In this document: positions 1 to 11,621 of the stretch, piece after piece | Numbering within the stretch: position 1 is the stretch's first letter | How the letters are laid out: each line of letters begins with the position of its first letter | Assembly: GCA_013265495.1 (NCBI GenBank) | Contig: MU063123.1 | Span: 7,343,302-7,407,301 of the forward strand | Direction of reading: 5' to 3' | Source: Vicugna vicugna | Lineage: Eukaryota | Length of the DNA stretch: 64,000 nt | Program-made: the position numbers and the translations under genes | Notes under the pieces: model-generated | The model's database searches: none | Told to the model about the DNA's origin: nothing | Seen by the model: only the letters and a program-made list of their open reading frames with translations

Positions 1-360
1 CTGGCTTGCTTCACNNNNNNNNNNNNNNNNNNNNNNNNNNNNNNNNNNNNNNNNNNNNNNNNNNNNNNNNNNNNNNNNNNNNNNNNNNNNNNNNNNNNNN
101 NNNNNNNNNNNNNNNNNNNNNNNNNNNNNNNNNNNNNNNNNNNNNNNNNNNNNNNNNNNNNNNNNNNNNNNNNNNNNNNNNNNNNNNNNNNNNNNNNNNN
201 NNNNNNNATCTTTTCAAATTAGAGTTCCCTCTGGATATATGCCCAGGAGTGGGAATGCTGGATCATATGGTAAGTTTACTTTTAGTTTTTCAACGACTCT
301 CCATACTCTTTTCCGTAACGGCTGCACCAAACTACATTCCCACCAGCAGTTTAGGAGCAT
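1..360 (-). mobile_element. LINE-1 ORF2 3' fragment (young, camelid-type), partly N-masked
   Basis: Reverse strand reads the L1 ORF2 C-terminal region (atcccactcctgggcatatatccagagggaactctaatttgaaaagat...gtgaagcaagccag); paralogous to 9795-10190 and 31460-32160. Confidence 0.9.
15..207. other. N-run, 193 nt, inside L1
   Basis: Directly visible. Confidence 0.99.
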
Positions 361-818
361 TACCTCTTGCGCATACTTGCCATCCTAGTTGAAGTTTTAC
401 CATTAGAGAGCCATTTATTTGAAAATTCTCTTTCCACTCTCTACCAAATAGGCAAATAACTCCTTTCTGTTGCAAAACTTTTTCCCTAGGGAAAAATAAT
501 TTCTCCTTTCCCTGAAGTCTGCATTTTGCTTGCCACTATTTCATTGTTTGTGTCATACAGACCTTCTGGTTATTTGCATGTTAACCTGAATTGCTTCCTC
601 ATCTGCTCTCCATCCTTGTCAAGAGTATGGAGGTACCGACTGTGCACACTTAACTCTCTGTGTGCCTCAGACATGCACTCGCAAGCAGGTATTTCTCAGG
701 ACCGTTATCACTCTGAAAACTATGTTTTCCACAAGACTTTGCCTCTTAAAAATATGCTTCATGAGAATTCTATTACCAGTTAATAAAAGCTATAACATGT
801 TGATCAAATAATCTTTTC

Positions 819-1180
819 TGCTGTGGACTGAATGCTCGTGTCCCCCTCCTAAAATGTTATGTTGAAACCTTAATCCCTGATATCTGAAGGAGGGGCTCTT
901 GGAAGGTAATTAGGGTTACATTATGTTGTGGGGGCGGAGCCCTCATGATGGGATTAATGTCCTTATAAAAGAAGATAAGATCTTTCTCTTTCCACTAGGT
1001 GAGAATATAACAAGAAGACATCCATTTGCAAACCAGGAAGAGGACTGTCAGCAGGAACTGACTGTGCCAGCACCCTTGACCTTGGTCACCCCAGCCTCCA
1101 AAACTGTGAGAAATAAGTGTTTGTTGTTTAAGCCCACTACTCAGGTATTTTTGTTATAGCAGCTTGAAGTGATTAAGACT
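819..1180 (+). mobile_element. MaLR solo LTR, MLT1A-like
   Basis: Starts tgctgtggactgaatg; contains ggagccctcatgatgggattaatgtccttataaaaga and cagcctccaaaactgtgagaaataa; ends gttatagcagc...gattaagact. Confidence 0.85.
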
Positions 1181-1212
1181 CTCCGTATTGGACATTTACT
1201 TCTGGCAGATAC

Positions 1213-1685
1213 TGTTGGTTGGCTTAGTGCCCAGTCCCAATCCCCTTCTCCATTGCCTGCTTCCACAGAATTTGCTAAAAATATTACTTGCCTTTGCAGG
1301 CTCCTTTGCAGCTAGGTGTAGCCATGTGACGGATCTGGGCAGCAGAATGTAAGAGGAGTCTGCTTGGACTGCTGAGAAAGCTTCTGATTTTCCAACAAAA
1401 GCAATAGATGGTCCAGCTGATCCAGGCTTTCCCCTCCTTCCTGGCTTGAATATGGACCTAATGCTTGGAGCCCGAGGGCTATCACACTTCTAAGATGACG
1501 CTCCTCTGCATTAAAGGTGATGAATGGACAGAAAGAGCCTGGGTCCTTGATGACACTGCCGACTACTGAACCTACTTCTGCAGCCAGTTACCCCAGACTT
1601 CACGTTATGCCAGAAAATGAACCTCCCTCAATTTGTTTAGGTCATTTAACTGTATCTAACGCTACTAGGTGTAGTCCTACCTGTT
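1213..1685 (+). mobile_element. Old MaLR LTR (MLT1J/K/L-like)
   Basis: Motifs tttgcagctaggtgtagccatgtgac, gaaagagcctgggtccttgatgac and ccagacttcacgttatg typical of old MLT1. Confidence 0.65.
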
Positions 1686-1760
1686 CAATAGATGATGAAA
1701 AAATTAGTAAGATTCTTTTAAAATGCTATGTTAAAGATATAATTAAAAATCATACTGTAA

Positions 1761-1980
1761 CAGGCATATGCAGGATAGATAAACAAGATTATACTGTATA
1801 GCACAGGGAAATATATACAAGATCTTGTGGTAGCTCACAGCAAAAAAAAAATGTGACAATGAATATATGTATGTTTATGTATAACTGAAAAATTGTGCTC
1901 TATGCTGGAATTTGACACAGCATTGTAAAATGACTGTAACTCAATAAAAAATGTTTAAAAAAATAAATTTTAAAAAATGA
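1761..1980 (+). mobile_element. 5'-truncated camelid L1 3' end with perfect 16-bp TSD
   Basis: L1 3' UTR (ataaacaagattatactgtatagcacagggaaatatat...tgtaactcaataaaaa), A-rich tail, TSD aaaaatcatactgtaa at 1745-1760 and 1981-1996, TT|AAAA site. Confidence 0.92.
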
Positions 1981-2051
1981 AAAAATCATACTGTAATATA
2001 GTATATATATACATATATATGTATGTATATATATATAAAGTAAAATAACAA

Positions 2052-2265
2052 AGGGCTTAAGAACAAGGAGTCAGTTTTAAGCCCTAGCCCCATCACCCAC
2101 TAGTTCACTTAGGCAAGTAAGTTCCCATTTCTCAGGCTTAGTCTCTGTGTCTGTAAATTGGACAGAACTATGTAATAAAAAGACTATTAGTATTAAATAA
2201 TGAAAATGCATGAAAACACTTACTTGGCACATAGTAAGTAAGTGCTTGATAAAGATGAGGTATTT
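2052..2265 (+). mobile_element. MIR SINE
   Basis: MIR core (ttaggcaagt...tctgtaaattgg) and tail (ttggcacatagtaagt...gcttgataaa). Confidence 0.7.
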
Positions 2266-2881
2266 TTGTTATTTATAATTTAACAGAAGAAGTCGTGCTA
2301 AATAATTGAGTTCCCGGGATCCATTATGCTTTATTGAGGTCCTTCTTTACAAATTCACCATCGTTCAACCTTCTGGATCCCATACTCTCCTGCTTCAGTT
2401 TCACATCAACAAATAAACTCATTTCTACTTATTATGCTCTTCAAAAGAGACAAGAAAGGATAGCACAGGAAGATAGGGAGATACCATTCCTGTGTTGGTT
2501 TACCGTGCTATTATTACTGTACCTCTATTATAATCACCATTTGTCATGCAGGACTAAAGGTCCATTAGAGTTAGGCCATGAGAATTAATTAGAATTAAAA
2601 TTAATTACTAGAATTAATTAGAATGATAGAATGAATATCTCAGTTACTAAAGTTAATTCGAATCACCCCATCCATTTGGAGAATGCTGGTTATTCCTCTT
2701 GCTCACTCAGAGCTCAAAGATTTTATTTGTGCAGTTTCAGATTAAGAAAAAAACCATTAATAACCCTTTTTTTCCCCCCCACTTCTCTACTCAGTTTGGA
2801 AGAGGCCTCATTCCTGGTTACCATAGCTAAACCAGGAGGCATCAAATGGAAGAAAGGTATGATATATACGAGAAAGAATGA

Positions 2882-3021
2882 NNNNNNNNNNNNNNNNNNN
2901 NNNNNNNNNNNNNNNNNNNNNNNNNNNNNNNNNNNNNNNNNNNNNNNNNNNNNNNNNNNNNNNNNNNNNNNNNNNNNNNNNNNNNNNNNNNNNNNNNNNN
3001 NNNNNNNNNNNNNNNNNNNNN
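2882..3021. other. N-run, 140 nt, flanks unassigned
   Basis: Directly visible; length compatible with a hidden vic-1 SINE (inference). Confidence 0.99.
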
Positions 3022-4339
3022 AATAAGTACGCTAAGAGGAACACTGAAGCCGTTTCATGCTGTGGCTGTTTTAATCTTTGGGCATGAACTAGCAATTATT
3101 TTCATAGGGTGTGGGAGTGGAAGTAACCAGGGGATTTCTGGGGCCCATAATGGACTCTGCGGTGTTCACTGAGAACCGAATGTTATACCACAAGATTACA
3201 GGGCTCTCCATCCCTTCTGACCAGTGCCGATTCGAATCCGCACTGCAGCCTCCTTGTGTCATCTCAGCTGCAGTCTGCGGAGAGGGGCTTCATCTTGCTG
3301 CCTGGGCTTCGGAATAAATAAAGTATTATTAGCCATTGTCTTAGAGGTTGAATGAATCCATGGCTCTCAGGGACGTATACATAGGATGTCAGAGTCTCAG
3401 CTACTGAGAAGAAATGATAAAGCATCCAGGAAAGATTAAAAACGGCCAACTTCAGTACGTGACATTCTCCTTGTGTCAATCATTATTTTCAAATGTTTCT
3501 TATTGAAAGGGGACACCCTTCTTGAAGCTTGAACTACTGTGACTTTGCATTGCTCCCAGTGCCTTGGGCCCAGGATGATATTAAAATTGTCCACTGTGAA
3601 GAATGAAGAGGGGCAGAACACCCACATTCCCGGGAAGACCTCTTAATCTCATCACATTATTCTCTTATTTCAAATGCAGTCTGTTATTTCCCTAAACCTA
3701 TATATGACTTAAAATCCATCTAATTTCTCTTTGGGTCTTCATCGCAGGTACAAGATATTAAAAATAATAATGTTATTCTGAGGTTTACTGGTTTCAAAAA
3801 AGAGCTTTTCCTGCCGTCACATATTTGGTGGACATTTGATCAGGAGAAGGACCCCTAGGTGAAGTCCTGTCTCCTGGCATCATAATTTCCTTACACACTG
3901 AAGCTAAAGTAACCTTCTTTGGGTGTTCTTTTCATTGTGTCATAAATGAGCCCGGTTTCTCCTGTCTGTGGTGTAGTTCCTTCTACCATCTGACCTGCCC
4001 CAATTTTCAAGTCTCTTCTCTCCTTACTCTTCTACTTGAACTTGGCTGCTGAGGCCCAGACAAACTTGGTTACTGATCATTCTTCCAACATTCCATGTCA
4101 TTCTGCATTTGCACTCCTTTGCTGGTCCCCTCACTTTGGAATGCCCTTGTCAACTTCCTGTGTGTCAATCTGGCTTACGCATCATGGACTGAATGAAAAG
4201 TCTTTCTGTAAGAGGCCTGTTATGGTCAGTGCAGGTTTGGTATTTTCCTCTCCCAAACCCCTACAGTGTCCCATTCATACCATGATCAGGTCATTCTTTA
4301 CATATTGCCCTTGATTAGGCTTTTTGAAGGACTACCTTC

Positions 4340-4450
4340 ATTAATTCAGGATGCATGTATCCATCTTCTCTGTGTTGATAGCTGTTCTAGGAGCAGGAGA
4401 TACTGTAGCAACTAAAATAGATGTGAGCCCTATTTTCATGGAGCTCTGGG
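4340..4450 (-). mobile_element. LINE-2 3' fragment
   Basis: ttaattcagg...gttctaggagcaggagatactgtagcaactaaaatagatgtgagccct...catggagct resembles the L2 3' end in reverse. Confidence 0.55.
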
Positions 4451-5379
4451 GTATCTGTTTTATAAAATTGAACTCCTTGAGGCCACCCACCTCACCTTTA
4501 TATTTCACATGAGACAATGCTTTGAACATGGAAAGTAATTACTAATTTGTATTAACCAAGTAAATCAGTCATCTCCAACCCTATAGGACCCAATGCCCTC
4601 TTGCCAATATATTGCCATGTAGTTTTTACCGTGCTGGAAGAAAAGTAATAAATGATATCATCTACCTACACACATAATTTTGAAAACATTAATGTCTCTC
4701 CATGTAAACACAATACCCTCAAAAAAAACAATGAAGAGAAAAGCAATTTAGAACAATATGCATTTCACTGTGTAAACGCCTGGAACAGGACTGCTTAGAA
4801 GATGCAGTGAAGTAGTTAGATGATTATATTTGGATTCTCAACAAGCAAGAAGATAAGAAACCATGCTGCATATAAAAAGCAGGAACATGAAACAGCAGAG
4901 GTGTGACACTCAAATGAAAATGAGTGTTTGGATAGGTTGTAGCGACCTAGATTCATTCGTGTATAATAAGGGAAAGAGAGAAACTGCCTTCATTGAAGTT
5001 GGGAATCATATGCCAAAGAAAATTGCAAAGCAATAAAATGGAGACACGAGGAAGTGTGACAGTCTGACAAATGAGCCGTATCTCACTTGTAAGGGGAGGA
5101 TCCAAAGAATTCATGCAGAATGACTGAGGGCAGAGTCGTGACAGGGGAGCACAGAAAACATATCTTCTATTTTAAATTCCTGCCACCTGTTAGACAATAA
5201 TTTCAGTTTCTGCTATTTATTAAGACTTTGAAGGCCAAATATTTTGGCAGGTGGTAGGGAGAAGAGGGTGGATTAAGAAAAAAAAAAGAGTAATCCACAC
5301 GGAGTCTGTAGAAAACTGTTTTATGATATGTTTCTGGGGGAAGTATAAGAGGAAAATCAAAATTAATAGGCAACTCACT

Positions 5380-6960
5380 TCTGCTTCCAGACACGGATGA
5401 AGGACTGGTACTGGAATAGCCTTCCCACCATAAACAACATAGATCTGTACAAAGTGTAAGAAACAAATGTGTTCTGTGATTAACAAGAGCCAGTGTAAGA
5501 TAGTGATTCCCAAGAGATGGAAAACAAGGAAAGTGTGTCATCTGTTAGCTCTGGTTTGGGGTCCAGAGCCAGGTTCTGGACCACAGGACTGGGAGGCACA
5601 GCCTACATGCAGCACAGCTGTCTTGCTGAGCCTGGGACTGAGATCAGAGCCCAGGGAGGCTGAGAGAGCTAGAATTTGCAGGGCAGAGAACCAGAGGGGA
5701 AAGAAAATTGTGGAGAAATCTCCAGAAAATCTGCATCAAAGTCCTCAAAATTGAGGGTGGAACTCCATGAGGCTGGAGAAAAATAACTACTAGGGAAAGA
5801 CAAGCACCTGGAAGCAATAAGGTGAGCAGATCCTAGAGCACTTACAGGCTGAGAAGAGTTTGAATCTGATCCGTCAGAGTGGAAGGACATCATTAAACAT
5901 CTGGAGCATTTAGGAGATGCCCCAGGAAAGCCATGCCCTGTGAGGAGGGCCAAACTGGTTACTCGAGGTTTGGTGACCTAATAAAGCTTAATAACAAGAT
6001 TCCAAAGAATCAAGCTAATCCACACACAATTTAGCTGCTGCTGGAACAGAAATTCAACACTTTTCAAAGGAAGACAACAAAATGGAGAATATCGACTTTG
6101 TAACATTCACGCTGTTCAGAATCGAATCAAATCGAATCCCAGTCACCCCCGATCATCTAAAAGGTCTAACAAATGTGCAAGCTGGGGTCCCAGGAAAAGA
6201 AAATATTTGAAGAAATGATGTTCAGAAAGTTTCCCAACTTGAGGAAAAGTATAAACACACAGGTCCAAGAAGCCTAATGAACTCCAAACAGGAGAAACAC
6301 AAAGACAACTACAAAGGGGCACATTGTAATACAATTCTTGAAAACTGATGAGAAAGAGAAACATGTCAAAGGCAGCCAGAGGGGAAAAAAAAGACACATT
6401 ATGTATCAGGAAACAGAGGTAACAATTACTGTTGACTTTATCAGAAATAGTGCAAACCAAGAAGACAAGGGATGACATTTTTGAAATACTGAAACAAAAC
6501 AAAACTCTTGTTAATCAAGAATGCTAAATCAGCAAAAAGGTCTTCAGAAATAAAAATGAAATAGAAATTTTCACACAGACAAAAGCTGAGAGACTTTGTT
6601 TTCTAAGTTCTACAAGAAATGTTAAAGGATCTTCTTAAGTCTAAGGGAGAAAGTGCTTAGAATCTGAGTTCTACATGAAGGAATTAAGAGCACTAGAAAT
6701 AGCAAATACCAGGCAAATATTAAAGACTTTTTTTTTCATTTTCCAATTTCTCCAAATATGGGTGACTGTTTAAAGCAGAGTAAGTAACAATGTAGTGTAG
6801 AGTTTAAATAAATGACAATAACATTGCCAAAGATTGGAGGGGAAAATGGAGAAACACTGCTATAAACTTCTTATGTAACTTGCAAAGTGAATAGAACATT
6901 ATTTGAGAGTAGACCATATGATACATATTTCATATAAAACATAAACTATATATGATCTTA
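5380..6960 (+). mobile_element. Old L1 (L1M-type) 5' UTR plus ORF1 remnant, internally deleted
   Basis: ORF1 C-terminal DNA motifs (gaaaatatttgaagaaatgatg, caggtccaagaagcctaatgaactccaaacagg, aaaggcagccagagg) after an L1M 5' UTR-like segment. Confidence 0.8.
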
Positions 6961-7087
6961 ATTTTCTAACAACTGTCTCAATAAAATACTTCATTTCTCA
7001 GAAAAAAAGGCAACCCAAATAAATAAAACAAATACACACTTTTTTACAGCACAGTTCTCTTATTATTGAGCTACTATATATATGAGT

Positions 7088-7119
7088 AATAACAATAATA
7101 ATAATAATAATAATAATAA
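7088..7119. repeat. (AAT)n microsatellite
   Basis: About 10 AAT units, one AAC variant. Confidence 0.95.
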
Positions 7120-7149
7120 ATATTTTACAAATAATCCTTAAAACATAAT

Positions 7150-8880
7150 GCAATTATGTTTTCTTATGTAACTCCACTAATTTAACAATGTTGGGCTTTA
7201 AATTTGTTAAAACAGTTAACATCATCTTTGCTGTATGTTTTTAAGCAGTGACCATTGCAATATATTTATAGTAACTGTACTTTGTAGTAACTGTGTGATA
7301 ACTCTGAATCGCTTTCCAACTAAATATGGAGTTGGAAATGCTCTAGTAAGTAATTTAGGTTATTTCCAAAGATGTAGGTTTGAAATTCATAACTCTGTAA
7401 CTGATTAAATTCTTTGTCCCCTGTCCTTCCTTTCTCAGGTAACTCTGCCTGCAAATGTTGACTGACATGCCCTTTTCTGTTTCAAATAAATAAATCCCAT
7501 GCAATCACTCCTGAAAATTCATTCAGATCTTTACATCTCATCTTTTGGGTTCAGCCATATTAGAGTAATATATTTCCAAATCAATATTATTATCTTTAAC
7601 CTGATCCAACAGCTGGAAAGAAGAACAAAGAAAATGCTCAGTGAAAAAGTTTATTAAAAAGAAATTTAGTTTTTTGATAATTTCTATGAAAATTCTTTTC
7701 ACTTTAATATGATTCATCTCATTCCCTTGCATCTCAAGGATCACCTCATTAAACTTTGTCAATAACTCTGAAAAATAAATACATCATTTTTCAGTCTCTT
7801 AATTTTGGCATTGAATTTGTCTAACTTTTCATTGGTTGGATGAATAACTCTACAACAGTGTGAAATAGTGAACAAAATATTTATAAGCAGTTTCCCCTGG
7901 GAGCCATCTCAAATGTAGGAAAAAATTACTAAGTGTGTCAGATAAATTTTTTAATATCTTTGTCATGCCACAAATTTCTAAATAATCTGTCATTCAAAGG
8001 ATTCGCCTAAATTTTATTAATTTTAAGACTGATAAAAATATTTATTGATTTGTGAAATGTTTCACCAAGATGTTTGTCTACTAATTCTTTATGAAAAATA
8101 GGATGGACTGCAAAAACATTATGATACTTGTTGTGTATAAAAACTTGTTTGTTAGCAAATCATAGTTGGTCTAATTATAATACAAGCAATGATATTGGAA
8201 ATGAGATTTTTTTTCTGTTTAATATGTTTTTAAGAATTTCAACTATTGACATCCTTTTTTTTGTCCTCTATCTGTAAGTTTGACAACAATAGTTTCTTAT
8301 AACTTTTTCTTTCCTTGCAAATCTTATGTATGTGAGCAGAAAATCTTTATTGTCATAAAGGATGCTTCCATACACTTGTCAAAAATTTGCTTGTTGCTGT
8401 TCATTACATGGCTAATTTCTCAGTACTGTTTCCCATCTCATCAGTTCTTTTTGAAATAGTAAAATTGCTTAATGAAAAAGTAAAAAGAAAAATCATGTTA
8501 TTTTTATTCTTTTCCATCACCATTCTAGTAAATTCTTGTACAGCTAATAAGATTAGCTTTTCTCCAGCATTGTTTAGATTACCACATTTTGCAATCATTT
8601 ATACTACTGTCTGAGATTTGTTCTTTTTTTGATTAAAAGACTATTTGCAAACATCCCAGAGACAAGATTACTTGGAAATGTGGCATATCTTGAATAGTTT
8701 CATTAGGATGTTTTGTTGCACAATGTTTCTTTAATCTTAATGATTTTGTTGCTTCATTTGGAAAAATAAAACATAGAATTTGAAGGCACAATGGCAACTT
8801 TATGGGCAAAACCATAAGACTCAATTTAAAGTAGTCAGCGGGATATTGTTGTCACTTTCCTTTATATTTGATGTTTTGAA
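7150..8880 (-). mobile_element. hAT (Charlie/Buster) DNA transposon, decayed near-full-length transposase
   Basis: Collinear motifs on the minus strand: QYPADYFKL..LPLCLQILC..NEATKSLRLKKHCATKHP; IAKCGNLNNAGEKLILLAV..LSNFTISKRTDEM; LLTYIRF; VFAVH; NPLNDRLFRNL; LRWL; IWLNP; AFPTPYLV; LTNLKPNIVKLV. Many stops and frameshifts. Confidence 0.85.
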
Positions 8881-9199
8881 ATAAGACCGAAAGAAATACA
8901 TTCATTCATATGATCAGAATGGAACAACTACTTACACTAACTGACACAAGTGTTTTGTACTAGAAACACGAATCCTATGACCAGAGTTTCTTTTCGTGGT
9001 GTCATTTTCCAAATTGTTCAGACATTCTTTGTAAAGTAACAAAATAGAGTCCCTTCTTGATTTACACAGTAGTTGCATCTTGGGAAAAATTTAACATATA
9101 TAAAAACTGCTAAATAAATTCTTTAATTTATATGTATAAACAAATTAGGGCCAAACTTCAGGTAATTATACCAGTTAAAAAAATTACTCTGCAGAATGT

Positions 9200-9350
9200 G
9201 GAACAAACATTTGTAGTTTGACACTTCCCTGAACATTGCAAGACATCTAACATACCTGGTCTTTTCTCATTAAATGCTAGAAATGTCTCTAACTTTATCT
9301 CAACCAACACACCACGGCGGAGTTCAGAAATGTTCCTTAGAGACTTCTTT
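9200..9350 (+). mobile_element. MER20-like hAT fragment
   Basis: cctgaacattgcaagacatctaacatacctgg...taaatgctag...cagaaatgttcc resembles the MER20 core. Confidence 0.4.
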
Positions 9351-9671
9351 GGATGACATTGGGGTAAAAGAATAACTGTGAGCTGACTGTGGGCAAACCT
9401 TCAGGGCTACAAGCACAAGCTGCACATTCAAACACTACCTATAAATGCCCCTCAGAGGGAGTGACGGGCAGCAGAAATCAAGTCTGTGCTCAGTCCGGCC
9501 TGGAGGAAAGACTTTTAAATAAAAGTGCCTTTCTCTTGTCAAGCAATGATCCAGAGAAGTCATCTTTTCCTTATTTGTGCAAAGGCACCAGAAAAGTAAC
9601 TAATATACAACATGGTCAGCAGGATACTCCCACATCCACTTAAATACATATGAAAAAGATGCAAGTAAGCC

Positions 9672-9707
<36 letters not shown>

Positions 9708-9794
9708 CAATTCTTGAAATGGAAAAATAATATATCTAATGTTTTCTTTATTTCAACATTATCATAATTGTGGATAAATGTATATTAAAGCGTC

Positions 9795-10190
9795 TGTGTA
9801 ATTTGCTGCAGCCATATGGAAAACAATATGGGAAGTCCTTAAAAAACTAAAAATAGAATTACCAGATGCTCCAGCGATCCCACTCCTTGGCATAGATCTG
9901 GAGAAAACTATCATTTGAAAAGATGCCTGCACCCCAGTGTTCATAGCAGTACTATTTACAATAGCCAAGACACGGAAGCAATCTAAATGGCCATCGACAG
10001 ATGACTNNNNNNNNNNNNNNNNNNNNNNNNNNNNNNNNNNNNNNNNNNNNNNNNNNNNNNNNNNNNNNNNNNNNNNNNNNNNNNNNNNNNNNNNNNNNNN
10101 NNNNNNNNNNNNNNNNNNNNNNNNNNNNNNNNNNNNNNNNNNNNNNNCCGTATGGTATCACTCATATGTGGAATCTAAAAAGAAAAAGAA
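9795..10190 (+). mobile_element. LINE-1 ORF2 3' fragment, partly N-masked
   Basis: tgcagccatatggaaaacaatatgg...gcaccccagtgttcatagcagtactatttacaatagccaag...tcactcatatgtggaatctaaaaag. Confidence 0.9.
10007..10147. other. N-run, 141 nt, inside L1
   Basis: Directly visible. Confidence 0.99.
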
Positions 10191-11436
10191 ACTATAGGAC
10201 TACTATGCATTGCTCGTCAGGCAGAAGCCTTGGGAAGGACTGAAGTGTGTAATAGCTTCTAAACCCAGAGAGAGTTGCATTTGAATCTTAACTCTTCTAG
10301 TAGATAGTGTGAATTGATCTTCCTAAGTCCTGATTTCCCCAGTACCTGAAGCCAGTGCCTCAGACATCCTTAAGAAGTCTAGGAACCGAATGAGACTCCA
10401 GGTTATCTGGCGCACAAGCAGAACAAATGAAAACATCACAGAAGAACTGTGCTGTGATTTTATGAAATGGCTGGGGACTAATTTAATAGCTCACATTCAC
10501 GCCACTCTAATTTTCATGAGAAAATTAGAGAACAGGAAAAAAAAAAGGACAGCAACTACAGAGCAGAGCTTTTAAGCTTTTAAAGTGGAATTAACATACT
10601 TTTAGTTGTGGTTCCTTAGTGGACTTAAATTTAATAATGCTTCTTTCTTCTTTTCTTTTCCCCTTGGCTGGGCATGACGTGGAAGGTGATATTCTCCACC
10701 GAAGTGAAAGCAGGTCCATAGGTCTGTATTTCCTTGTTTGAAAATGCACACACAGAGATAAAAACCTGATCAATAAATGCATTGCAATGAGTTTCCTTAT
10801 TAGAATAAGACAGATCATTTCGCTAATTACCTGGCCCCAAGGAGCACCTGGTGCTATTCATCCAACACAGGCACCTGGCAGCTGGCAGCCAGGCTAATGG
10901 GGTGATGGCACCAACAGTTGGACCTGGCCTCTCTCCTTCTCACTGCCCGCACACTTTTGTGTGGTCTGGGGCTGCTTTTATGACACAGACAGATTTTCTT
11001 TCAGGAAAATACGGTGAACTGAAAAGTCCATTGTATCTTCCGTAACCTGGGGAGAGGGGTTTCAAATCTCCTTAGGCTGGAAGCAAGGGTGGCTGAAGGC
11101 TTAACAAAGGAAGCCGTTCTAAGCTTGATGAGCTGAGAGAAGGGAGACTATTTGAAGCCCTGGAAAAATCCCAGAAGGTGACTTTTCTCCCTTTTAGTAG
11201 AAATGTGTGGCTAGACTCGAAGAGCTGATTTGATCTGTGTGTTCCTGGCGGGCGCAGGTCTTGAAGGCTGCTACTGTTCACATTTAAGTACCATGTTCAC
11301 CCCATCGATACCCAGTGGCCTTATGTGGGACAGGTTTATGCCCAGCGCTAGAATAACCTCTAGAATCACCTAATTAAACATATCATCATGTCGGCTTATG
11401 GTGCACATATTTTCTCTCAGAAAAATATAATCTAAT

Positions 11437-11621
11437 NNNNNNNNNNNNNNNNNNNNNNNNNNNNNNNNNNNNNNNNNNNNNNNNNNNNNNNNNNNNNNNN
11501 NNNNNNNNNNNNNNNNNNNNNNNNNNNNNNNNNNNNNNNNNNNNNNNNNNNNNNNNNNNNNNNNNNNNNNNNNNNNNNNNNNNNNNNNNNNNNNNNNNNN
11601 NNNNNNNNNNNNNNNNNNNNN
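11437..11621. other. N-run, 185 nt, flanks unassigned
   Basis: Directly visible. Confidence 0.99.
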
